Positions 24,069 to 32,000 of a stretch of 32,000 bases of DNA are shown in pieces. Location of the stretch: assembly GCA_021498095.1 (NCBI GenBank), contig JAIZWK010000001.1, forward strand, positions 4,110,001-4,142,000, given 5' to 3'. The notes under the pieces were generated by a model, which had not been told where the DNA came from, did no database searches, and saw nothing but the letters and a program-made list of their open reading frames with translations. Numbering within the stretch: the first letter of the stretch is position 1; the number at the start of each line of letters is the position of its first letter. Position numbers and translations under genes: made by a program. This DNA comes from Candidatus Harpocratesius repetitus. GTDB lineage: Archaea > Asgardarchaeota > Lokiarchaeia > Sigyniarchaeales > Promethearchaeaceae.

Positions 24069-24773
24069 TCAAAACTTCATTTGAAATCCGACATAAATGG
24101 GGAAATATTTTACTGATTGACATGTCTGGAGAATATCAGGATTTCGGGTGCAATGACCTGCAAATAGATGAGAAATGCCTGATTTTTCAAGATATTTTAC
24201 ATCTTTAAATCCATGCATTCCTCCTAAAAAAGCTTTAACTTCACCAAAGTCTCTAGTTGCATTTATAAATGATTTCAAACCAGGATGAAGACAGCCAACT
24301 ATCAATAAATTTCCACCAAATCGCTCAGAGCGTAGGATTAATGCATGTTCGCCAATATTTATATCAGATTTTAATGTTCCAGATGAAAAAAGAGAAGAAT
24401 TCAACCCATCAAGTTCACCTTTTTCGCCCATTCGATGAATCTGAAGCGAAGGAGCATATCGTAAAAATTCTTTCGGTTGAACTAAACTGTAATCAGATGG
24501 AAGAAAAATATGCTTGGGATGGCATAGTGTGAGCACTTTTGGAATCCCACCTGCATGATCCCAATGTCTGTGAGAAATAAATACCGCATCCAAATCATTC
24601 AATGAAATGTTTAGCTTATTAAGATTTTGTAAAAGCAAATCACCATCCCATCCAGTATCAAACAAAATTTTTATACCATTAGTTTCAATTAAAACACTGA
24701 ATCCATGAGCGGGTTCCAAATCAACTCGATTAGGATGTGGATGATTTTCATATACCACCGTTAGTTGACCCAT
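24069..24773 (-). CDS. MBL-fold metallo-hydrolase (archaeal methanopterin-pathway-like subfamily)
   Basis: HGFSVLIE, ILFDTG, SHRHWDHAGG, GCLHPG, GGMH, AGHCT. Confidence 0.88.
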   Translation of the reverse strand: MGQLTVVYENHPHPNRVDLEPAHGFSVLIETNGIKILFDTGWDGDLLLQNLNKLNISLNDLDAVFISHRHWDHAGGIPKVLTLCHPKHIFLPSDYSLVQPKEFLRYAPSLQIHRMGEKGELDGLNSSLFSSGTLKSDINIGEHALILRSERFGGNLLIVGCLHPGLKSFINATRDFGEVKAFLGGMHGFKDVKYLEKSGISHLFAGHCTRNPDILQTCQSVKYFPIYVGFQMKF

Positions 24774-24831
24774 GATATCATCTTAGAAATAAAACACCTT
24801 TATTTTTAAAGTAACGAGAATTTGAGAAATT

Positions 24832-26043
24832 GTGCTTCTAGTATTTTCATATCCACCTTCATGGATCAGTTTTATTGGAGTAATTATACTGATTTTAATT
24901 TTCTCAAAGCAAGATTTAAGTTTAGTTCTCTTTATTGGAACAACAATTTTTGGAATGTTAACTCAAGTTCCAATAATTTCAATTTTTTTCTATACAATAA
25001 CAAATATTTCTACTATTCTTTTGGCTTTTATAATGTTGTTCATTCCATTATTGGGAGGATTAATGGAAAAAACCAATTTAATGATGGAAGCTATTGAGAA
25101 AATGAATATTTCTAAAAAAGTGGCATTAATGGTAACACCTGCATTATTTGGATTGCTTCCTGTTGCTGGTGGAGCTTTAATGTCAGCGCCAATGGTCGAT
25201 CAAATAGATCCTAAAATTTCGGGTGCTCAGAAAGTAGCAATCAATGTATGGTTTCGACATTTGCTAGTTTTCATTTATCCTTTATCTCAAGTGATTCTAA
25301 TCTGTACAGTAATTGCAGGATTAAACCAATACAAGACAGTTCTCTTTCTTATTCCATCTTTCTTGACAATGGGTATTGCGGGCTATATCTTTTTAATTCG
25401 TCCACTTCAAGAAGAACCTAAAAATAATACAAGGAATTTAAAAAGAGTATTTCGAAATTTATTACCCATTCTAATTGCACCAATGCTCGATCTTTTTACC
25501 CGCCTCTTTTTTGAATTGCAATATCCTGAAATAATTACAATTTTCAGTTTAATCATCAGTATTATTCTAATTTTTTATTTTAGTTCCTTTGAGATTAAAT
25601 TAATACCAAAATTAATGAAAAAAATGAAGATCTGGCGCTTTCCACTATTGATTTTTGCAATCTTTTATTTTTTAAATGTATTTAATTCATCTGATGTTCC
25701 AGTTCAAATTGGGAATCTTCAAATGCATTTCATTCTTTTATTGCTTCTAGGATTTTTTCTTGGATTTGCAACTGGACGAAATCAAATGCCTTTTTCATTA
25801 TTAATTCCAATTTACCTTATTCAAAATCAAATTAGTATTATGCCGATATTTGATTTTGTTTCTTTATATACAGCCATTTTTATTGGATATCTACTCACAC
25901 CATTGCATCCTTGCTTAGCTTATTCGATAAAATATTTCAATACAGATTATAAATCCAGTTTAAAAGCGCTGTTTCTTCCTGCAATCTCTTCGTTAATGGC
26001 ATTGTTTTCGATATATGGTTTATATCTCCTTTTTATTGATTAA
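24832..26043 (+). CDS. DUF401-like integral membrane protein (putative transporter)
   Basis: Highly hydrophobic throughout. GLLPVAGGALMSAPMV, NVWFRHL..FIYPL, LTPLHPCL. GTG start. Confidence 0.75.
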   Translation: MLLVFSYPPSWISFIGVIILILIFSKQDLSLVLFIGTTIFGMLTQVPIISIFFYTITNISTILLAFIMLFIPLLGGLMEKTNLMMEAIEKMNISKKVALMVTPALFGLLPVAGGALMSAPMVDQIDPKISGAQKVAINVWFRHLLVFIYPLSQVILICTVIAGLNQYKTVLFLIPSFLTMGIAGYIFLIRPLQEEPKNNTRNLKRVFRNLLPILIAPMLDLFTRLFFELQYPEIITIFSLIISIILIFYFSSFEIKLIPKLMKKMKIWRFPLLIFAIFYFLNVFNSSDVPVQIGNLQMHFILLLLLGFFLGFATGRNQMPFSLLIPIYLIQNQISIMPIFDFVSLYTAIFIGYLLTPLHPCLAYSIKYFNTDYKSSLKALFLPAISSLMALFSIYGLYLLFID

Positions 26044-26161
26044 TACTTATAGGTGATCATGATGGTGATAAAAATGATCTTACCATTTTTTTTTAAGGAA
26101 TTAAAATGAATTAATATTTGAGAAAATAAAGTGAATATAAAGAGGTATGGAGTCGATCGAG

Positions 26162-26551
26162 ATGGGAGCAAAAAAATCAACAAAAACCAGAAAAAACATT
26201 AAAACAACCTCCCGTCGATCAGAACATTGGAAAACTCTCCCAAGGGATAAAAAAGGAAGATGGACTAAAGCCAGAAAGAAAAAAAAATCAACAAAAAAGC
26301 ATATTAAAAGTTCATCAGCAAAATCAAAATCAGTCCGAACCCAGAGAACTGTGCCAATCAAAAATAAAGCAAGTACAGTTAAATCCCATACATCTCGTAC
26401 CTCTAATATTAGTATTTCTTCTCAAACTAATAATTTATGCCCTCGATGTGGCGGGGATATGAAATTTCATCGAATTAGATGTGGTCCGGAAAGATTAGTT
26501 TCAGTAACAAAATGCGAAATTTGTAACTTTTGGTTACCAATTGGAAAATAA
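26162..26551 (+). CDS. Lys/Arg/Ser/Thr-rich protein with a C-terminal Zn ribbon; probable N-terminus MGAKKSTK
   Basis: C-terminal CPRC...CEICNFW. In-frame ATG 26162 has GGAG about 9 nt upstream, whereas ATG 26147 directly abuts its GAGGT. Confidence 0.7.
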   Translation: MGAKKSTKTRKNIKTTSRRSEHWKTLPRDKKGRWTKARKKKKSTKKHIKSSSAKSKSVRTQRTVPIKNKASTVKSHTSRTSNISISSQTNNLCPRCGGDMKFHRIRCGPERLVSVTKCEICNFWLPIGK

Positions 26552-26572
26552 TCATTATAATTATTATTATTA

Positions 26573-27121
26573 TTAATCCATAGAATAATAATATTTCATC
26601 ATTTTTTCACACGTTTCAAACAATTCTGCAATACCTTCTTTCGTTTTGGCAGAAATATAATAATTTCCAATAATATTCTTACTATTGGGTAATGACTCTT
26701 TCAATTGAGAGAACTCTTCATTATATGAATTTAGCAGAGAAGGATCCACCAAATCTTTTTTAGTCCCAACAATAAAAACAGGAATCATTGGATTTTCGTG
26801 ATATATAAGTTCATACCACATAGGAATTGAAAGAAATGACGGATATCGAGTGAGATCATAAACTATTATTGCAGATTTGACACCTTTAAGATAAGCATCA
26901 TGAATAAAATGAAAACGAGGTTGTCCACCGAGATCCACAGCTAAAAACGATGAATTTGCTTGATCAACTTGATTTAATTCAAAAGGAATAACAGCTATGT
27001 CTACACCAATTGTAATTTGACTTTCTTCGATAAATGTTAATTCTTTTCTAGCCCTTAATAGCGAGGTTTTTCCCACACCACCATCGCCCAAAATTGCTAT
27101 TTTTATAACAGAATTCAGCAC
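26573..27121 (-). CDS. Ras-superfamily (Rab-like) small GTPase
   Basis: G1 GDGGVGKT, G2 TIGVD, G3 DLGGQ, G4 TKKD, G5 SAK. GTG start with GGAGA upstream and an in-frame TAG further upstream. Confidence 0.93.
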   Translation of the reverse strand: MLNSVIKIAILGDGGVGKTSLLRARKELTFIEESQITIGVDIAVIPFELNQVDQANSSFLAVDLGGQPRFHFIHDAYLKGVKSAIIVYDLTRYPSFLSIPMWYELIYHENPMIPVFIVGTKKDLVDPSLLNSYNEEFSQLKESLPNSKNIIGNYYISAKTKEGIAELFETCEKMMKYYYSMD

Positions 27122-27200
27122 TAAGAGATCTCTCCATTGTTTTATTGTGATCCCCTAACTAATACGCATTCATAAATTTTTTCCTAGCTCTAATTAATAC

Positions 27201-27237
27201 CACATTTTAGTAAGAATTACTAAATGTGACTAAATGT
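27201..27237. promoter_or_regulatory. Direct plus inverted repeat of ACTAAATGT in a divergent promoter region
   Basis: ACTAAATGT at 27219-27227 and 27229-27237. Inverted near-copy CACATTTTAGT at 27201-27211. Confidence 0.45.
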
Positions 27238-27405
27238 AAATAGTGTGAGAAATTTGAATGAAAATCTAAAAATTTCTTAAAGTTGAGTAAAACCAAGACG
27301 GTAATGATTTAGAAGTGCATTAATATTCAGACATTTAATAATTCTCTCCTTGTTAATAAGAGAAATTAAGCGGATATTTATAAATATAAAAGATAATGCA
27401 ATAGT

Positions 27406-28440
27406 ATGAAAGCGGTTTATTTTCTTCAACATGGAGATTTATCCCAGGTAAAGTATGGAGATCTTCCCAAACCGGAAATAAATTCTACCGAATTACTAAT
27501 TCAAACAAAATATGCTGCATTAAATCACTTAGATCTGTTTGTTCTACGAGGTTGGCCTAGTTTACAGTTGAAGTTACCTCATATCATGGGGAGTGATGGT
27601 TCTGGAATTGTTAAAGAAGTCGGATCAAATGTAGTTAATATCAAAAAGGGAGATCGAATTGTTATTAATCCTGGGATTGGCTGTGGTTACTGCAGCTATT
27701 GCTTAGCAGGTCAACAGAGCTTGTGTAACAATTTTTCTATTAAAGGAGAACATCAAGATGGAACATTCGCAGAATTTTTCACAATTCCAGCCCAAAATGC
27801 ATTGATTATCCCAGAACATATAGGATTCAAAGAAGCGGCTGCTGCATCGCTTACATTCTTAACAGCATGGCGTATGTTAGTATCAAAAGCTAAAATTAAA
27901 CCTGACGATTTTGTATTAATTCAAGGAGCAAGTGGTGGTGTTAGTATAGCAGCAATTCAAATCGCCAAACTATTTGGAGCAAAGGTAATTGCGACTACAA
28001 GTTCTGCTGAAAAAGTTGAAAAAACGAAAAAATTGGGAGCAGATTATGTTATAAATTATAGAGAAACTCCTAATTATGTCAAAAAAATTTATAAAGAAAT
28101 TACAAATCGACATGGAATTGATATAGCTGTTGATAGTGTAGGAAAAGCTACATTCAGTAATAGTATTAAGCTTTTATGCAAAGGAGGAAAGTTGGTTACT
28201 TGTGGTGCAACTACAGGCCCAAAAACAGATATAGATATAAGATATCTGTTTTGGAAGCAGATTTCCTTAATTGGCTCGACAATGAGCAACCATCAAGAAT
28301 TTACAAGCGTAATGCACTTACTGTTTGAAAAAAAGTTAATTCCACAAATTGATTCAATTTATTCTTTAGAACATGCTAAAGAAGCAGAACATCACATGGA
28401 AACGGGAAATCATTTCGGAAAAATTGTTGTTCAAATATAA
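27406..28440 (+). CDS. Zn-binding MDR dehydrogenase / quinone-oxidoreductase-like
   Basis: ALNHLD, PHIMGSDGSG, structural-Zn motif CGYCSYCLAGQQSLC, GASGGV, HFGKIV. Confidence 0.92.
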   Translation: MKAVYFLQHGDLSQVKYGDLPKPEINSTELLIQTKYAALNHLDLFVLRGWPSLQLKLPHIMGSDGSGIVKEVGSNVVNIKKGDRIVINPGIGCGYCSYCLAGQQSLCNNFSIKGEHQDGTFAEFFTIPAQNALIIPEHIGFKEAAAASLTFLTAWRMLVSKAKIKPDDFVLIQGASGGVSIAAIQIAKLFGAKVIATTSSAEKVEKTKKLGADYVINYRETPNYVKKIYKEITNRHGIDIAVDSVGKATFSNSIKLLCKGGKLVTCGATTGPKTDIDIRYLFWKQISLIGSTMSNHQEFTSVMHLLFEKKLIPQIDSIYSLEHAKEAEHHMETGNHFGKIVVQI

Positions 28441-28510
28441 AAATCAAATAATTTATTTGTTAACTCTGAAAATAAAATAAAAATTAATAAAATTTTAGGA
28501 AAAAAAGCAA

Positions 28511-29062
28511 TTAAGCATCAAACCAGTATTTTTCGATTCCAGGATGATTATATCCCAATTCAATGTATTTACGCCCTGTTTCGACATAATGTAAGGCATC
28601 TTTTCTTGCAGTCTCTGGAAAGTCTGGAGCTAAATCGCGGATTTTTTTTGCTGGAACACCAGCAACCAAACTTAATGAAGGTATTTCTTTTCTTGCCACA
28701 GCACCTGCAGCAACGATGGTTCCTTCACCAACTGTAGTCCCTTGTAGCACAACTGAATCAATCCCGATCATACAATTATTTCCAACCTTGCATGGTCCAT
28801 GAACAGTTGCTTTATGCCCTACAATAATATTCTCGCCTACCCAACATTCAGTGTCGTAATCCGAATGCAAAACAGCATTATCCTGAATAGAAGTATTCTT
28901 TCCTACATAAATACTACAAATATCACCCCGTAACACTGCACCGTACCAAATATTTGCACCAGCTTCGATAGTAACATCACCAATAATTATAGCAGTAGGA
29001 GCTACAAAAGCATCTTTAGATATTTTCGGAATTTTACCCGAATTCGGAGATGGAAGAATCAT
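28511..29062 (-). CDS. Gamma carbonic anhydrase family (YrdA/CaiE-like hexapeptide-repeat) protein
   Basis: IIGDVTI, GAVLRGD, IQDNAVLH, VGHKATVHG (three His ligands), LVAGVPAK. ATG 29062; GTG 29071 is an alternative. Confidence 0.92.
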   Translation of the reverse strand: MILPSPNSGKIPKISKDAFVAPTAIIIGDVTIEAGANIWYGAVLRGDICSIYVGKNTSIQDNAVLHSDYDTECWVGENIIVGHKATVHGPCKVGNNCMIGIDSVVLQGTTVGEGTIVAAGAVARKEIPSLSLVAGVPAKKIRDLAPDFPETARKDALHYVETGRKYIELGYNHPGIEKYWFDA

Positions 29063-29120
29063 TTTTTTCACCGTAGTTTAAATAACTGAACCTTATTTTG
29101 ATTAATTTACAGCAATTTAT

Positions 29121-30035
29121 TTATATAATGATTTCTCCTTGGGCAGTTAAAATTACACGCCCCCCAATGTTCACTTGAATTTGATCATTTTGAAGTTCTG
29201 CCCTTACTACAATGAGAGACGGCCGACCAATTTCATAACCTTGTTCAATATGTAATTCAATGGAATTTTTCTGAAAATAATCATTTCTAATAAGATACGC
29301 ACCTAAACAACCAGATCCACTTCCTGAAGCGGCATCTTCGGGGATATTATAATAATTTGCAAAGACTCTGGAATGAATATCATGTTCAGAATGCTCAGTA
29401 TCAGAGCAAAAAGCAAGAATTACTTTTGCTTTTGCTTTTTGTACTAACCAATTGTAACGTTCTACATTAATTTGAATATTTTTTACACTTTGAAGTGTTT
29501 TAATCGGCACAATTATAAAACCTAAACCACTGAAAACTTCTTGAATTGGAAAACGATTATCTATTTCTGCAGGTTCAAGACCTAATACACGTGAAAGTAA
29601 GACAGGTTCGAAAATATGCCCAAATTCTGGTTCCTTTTGATCTGATAAAAGAATTGTTTTTTGCTTAGATATGAAATTTGAACCATTTTTTTTCAATTCC
29701 ATATATTCCACAAAAGTAACACCTGATTTGAGTTGTAGTGAAATTTGCTTTTTTGCACCAAATGAAAGAAAATGATTTACAACAAACGCAGTACCTAAAG
29801 TGGGATGGCCAGAAAAAGCAACTTCTTTCTTTGGGGTGAAAATTCGCACATCATAATGACCTTCAGTATTTGGTTCAGATGAGATGAAACTTGTCTCTCG
29901 AAAATTCATTTCTTGAGCAATTTTCAACATTATTTCCTCATCAAGAGGACTCTCTACTACTACGACCGCAACTTGATTTCCTGTAAAACGCTCTTGGGCA
30001 AACACATCAACAATATAATATTTTAAATTAGACAT
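29121..30035 (-). CDS. PhzF-family isomerase/epimerase
   Basis: VDVFAQERFTGNQVAV, EMNFRETSF, RIFTPKKEVAFSGHPTLG, EDAASGSG, EQGYEIGRPS. Confidence 0.9.
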   Translation of the reverse strand: MSNLKYYIVDVFAQERFTGNQVAVVVVESPLDEEIMLKIAQEMNFRETSFISSEPNTEGHYDVRIFTPKKEVAFSGHPTLGTAFVVNHFLSFGAKKQISLQLKSGVTFVEYMELKKNGSNFISKQKTILLSDQKEPEFGHIFEPVLLSRVLGLEPAEIDNRFPIQEVFSGLGFIIVPIKTLQSVKNIQINVERYNWLVQKAKAKVILAFCSDTEHSEHDIHSRVFANYYNIPEDAASGSGSGCLGAYLIRNDYFQKNSIELHIEQGYEIGRPSLIVVRAELQNDQIQVNIGGRVILTAQGEIII

Positions 30036-30146
30036 GGGGATTCACTTTTGTAAAGAAGGAAGTCATAGACGTATTCTTCAATGAGATATAAAAGTAAATA
30101 AAGCCAAAAAAGTTTTCAAGCAATTTTTCACTAAAATACGAAAAAA

Positions 30147-30542
30147 TTAATCTTTTGCAACATCTCGATATGCAAAATGTGAAATATAATAATCCAAAGA
30201 TTCTTTTACAGCTCGTTTAACAAGTGGAATATATTCATTACTATTTAATGTACGTAATAAAATTCGCTCTAATTCAAGAAACATTTCGGATACGTATTTT
30301 TTTCTAGCTTCTGGGATCATTGTTCGAAATTCTCCAATTGGTACCATTCGTTTTTTTTGCCATTCTTGAATTGCCATCAAAAAGAAACCGCGCATAGCGA
30401 GTTCTTCCATTTCGATATAGTTTAAAGCAACTTTAACTAATTGATCAACAATTTTTCTTTGTTCTTTTAGGAGAGTAACTCGTGCTAAAGATTCTCTGGC
30501 GCGAATTAAATCATCAGCTTTAAATAAATTCCCTTTATGCAA
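30147..30542 (-). CDS. Hypothetical all-helical protein
   Basis: 131-aa ORF with TTG start and purine-rich GGAGAGGGTG upstream. No motif recognised. Confidence 0.7.
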   Translation of the reverse strand: MHKGNLFKADDLIRARESLARVTLLKEQRKIVDQLVKVALNYIEMEELAMRGFFLMAIQEWQKKRMVPIGEFRTMIPEARKKYVSEMFLELERILLRTLNSNEYIPLVKRAVKESLDYYISHFAYRDVAKD

Positions 30543-30697
30543 AGATTACCACACCCTCTCCTTCTTCTAATTTAACATATTTATATCAATATCGAGATTT
30601 AAAAATACTGCTTTGGAAATATATGTATTCTGTATTAGTTCATAATTTGTGAAATTTAAATATGGTTGAAAATGAAAAAAAAAAGGAACAATGTCAA

Positions 30698-32000
30698 TTA
30701 AAACCAGATAGTTTTGCGAATATGATGAATGTAATCTTGGATTTCATTTTGAATTCGTTCAGAGTCCCATTTCATTTTTACAGCGAGAATTTTTGCTACT
30801 TTTTCAGCAATTACTTCTTGTTGATCATGTCGAACTTTCATAAAAATTTCAGTTCGACGGCGAAGTATGTCTACTAAATGCACTATATATTCATGTTCAA
30901 TAATGTACTCAATTTCTGCAGGAATGAATGGATGGCCGGATAAAAGCGGAACACCTAAATCAGAATTATTTTTTACCATTATTACAATTTCCTTTGCGCC
31001 TTTGCCATATTGTTGATATAGATGACTTAAAATCTGTTCTGATAGTGTTGTTGAAGTCTCTTGAAGAAACTTTCGCCACTCTTGTTTAGAAAGATTAACC
31101 AAGAATGGACGACGAGAAAAATTCTTCTTTTTCATTTTCTTAGGAATTCTGGCAGCAAGTTTAGGATCCTTTTTAAAAAGGTGAAATAGCAAGTCTTCAG
31201 CCATTTTTCGGTAGGTTGTTAGTTTTCCTCCGCACAAAGTGGTTAATCCATCACTGGCATCTAAGATTACATGTTTACGAGATACTTCACTCTCAGATTT
31301 GCCTTCTTCCATTACAAGCGGACGAATACCTGCATATGTTGAAATAATATCGTCATAAGTCAAGTTTGCCTTAGGAAACAAATAATTGACAGTATGAAAA
31401 AGATAATCACAATCTTCTTTAGTACAATATGGTTGAGCAAGATCTTCATTCGGTTGACCATTTTTCTTATCAATATAATCTGTATCAGTTGTACCAATTA
31501 AGGTTATATCTTCTCGATTAAGGACAAAAAATACCCGCCCATCATCTATTGATTTTAAGCCAATTCCATCCCGATTCCCAATTTTGTCAATAGGCACAGC
31601 CACATGAACTCCCTTAGTGGGCCGAATTACCTTTCGATGACCAGGTGGTAACAAATCATCCGTCCAAATTCCTGTAGCATTAATGAAATGTCGCCCTTTA
31701 ATATGAAATTGTTCATTTGAGATTAAATCGTGGACTTTAAGAGAAATAATCTTTCCATTCTTACGTTCAAATCCATCTGCTTTAACATAATTAACTGCAA
31801 TTGTTGATCCAAGAAATACTGCTTCCTTTATAGTTTCAAGAGTTAAACGAGCATCATCAACATTTGTATCGTAATATTCACCAATCATCTGAAGATCGTC
31901 AAAACGCATATTTGGTTGAATTCTTTCTGCTTCTTCTTTTGTGTAAAATTTGTGTTCGGCATACTGTTTAAATTTGGAACAGCAATTAGAGAGAAAATCA
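30698..32000 (-). CDS. glpD: FAD-dependent glycerol-3-phosphate dehydrogenase/oxidase (GlpD/GlpA family); 5' end lies outside the window
   Basis: DDARL, INATGIWTD, RPTKGVH, IGTTDT, TYAGIRPL, VSRKH, GGKLTTYRKMAED, DILRRRT. The frame stays open from 31909 to the window end (DFLSNCCSKFKQYAEHKF...). Confidence 0.88.
   Translation of the reverse strand, partial: DFLSNCCSKFKQYAEHKFYTKEEAERIQPNMRFDDLQMIGEYYDTNVDDARLTLETIKEAVFLGSTIAVNYVKADGFERKNGKIISLKVHDLISNEQFHIKGRHFINATGIWTDDLLPPGHRKVIRPTKGVHVAVPIDKIGNRDGIGLKSIDDGRVFFVLNREDITLIGTTDTDYIDKKNGQPNEDLAQPYCTKEDCDYLFHTVNYLFPKANLTYDDIISTYAGIRPLVMEEGKSESEVSRKHVILDASDGLTTLCGGKLTTYRKMAEDLLFHLFKKDPKLAARIPKKMKKKNFSRRPFLVNLSKQEWRKFLQETSTTLSEQILSHLYQQYGKGAKEIVIMVKNNSDLGVPLLSGHPFIPAEIEYIIEHEYIVHLVDILRRRTEIFMKVRHDQQEVIAEKVAKILAVKMKWDSERIQNEIQDYIHHIRKTIWF

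Noticed and set aside
21916-24532. ORFs 21916-22137 and 24269-24532
   Set aside because: Nested in another frame or strand of supported genes.
24822-26361. ORFs 24822-25097 and 26101-26361
   Set aside because: Out-of-frame overlap with the DUF401-like gene, and the antisense mirror of the Lys-rich gene.
27122-27137. Out-of-frame ATG just upstream of the GTPase as evidence of a frameshift
   Set aside because: An in-frame GTG with a well-placed GGAGA explains the start, and all G boxes are intact.
28089-28289. 66-aa minus-strand ORF
   Set aside because: Antisense to the MDR dehydrogenase.
29121-30035. Phenazine biosynthesis
   Set aside because: PhzF-family genes are widespread and no other phz gene is present.
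30662-30877. 71-aa plus-strand ORF
   Set aside because: Mostly antisense to the glpD 3' end; no motifs.
1-32000. CRISPR arrays, tRNA/rRNA, transposases, integrases, defence systems
   Set aside because: No spaced repeats, GC-rich RNA-like segments or recombinase motifs were seen; the largest non-coding gap is about 550 bp and AT-rich.

Overview
This is an AT-rich (roughly 30% GC by eye), gene-dense chromosomal window. It most likely comes from an Asgard archaeon (Lokiarchaeia/Promethearchaeota-like). That assignment is inferred from a Rab-like small GTPase with a DLGGQ G3 box, an MFS protein fused to a longin-like domain, a ubiquitin-like protein ending in GG, a Thermococcales-type GH13 amylase with a C-terminal membrane anchor, and several bacterial-type metabolic genes. 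I call 28 CDS. Two are truncated by the window edges; the one at 1-1509 is missing from the supplied ORF track. I found no rRNA, tRNA, CRISPR array or mobile element. The left end looks like an extracellular starch/glucan-utilisation locus. It is followed by a TetR gene divergent from an aminotransferase plus ATP-dependent activase pair. The most striking region is about 12.4-20.2 kb. It contains a 362-aa tandem-GNAT protein that is collinear end-to-end with eukaryotic N-myristoyltransferase (alignment done by eye from memory). This gene is divergent from a ubiquitin-like gene and flanked by a RimL-type GNAT, a methyltransferase, an MFS-longin fusion, a degenerate ATP-grasp ligase, an AAA+ ATPase and a transglutaminase-like protein. 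A basic Zn-ribbon protein 11 kb away probably starts MGAKKSTK, a textbook myristoylation motif. All family assignments come from motif recognition, not database searches.
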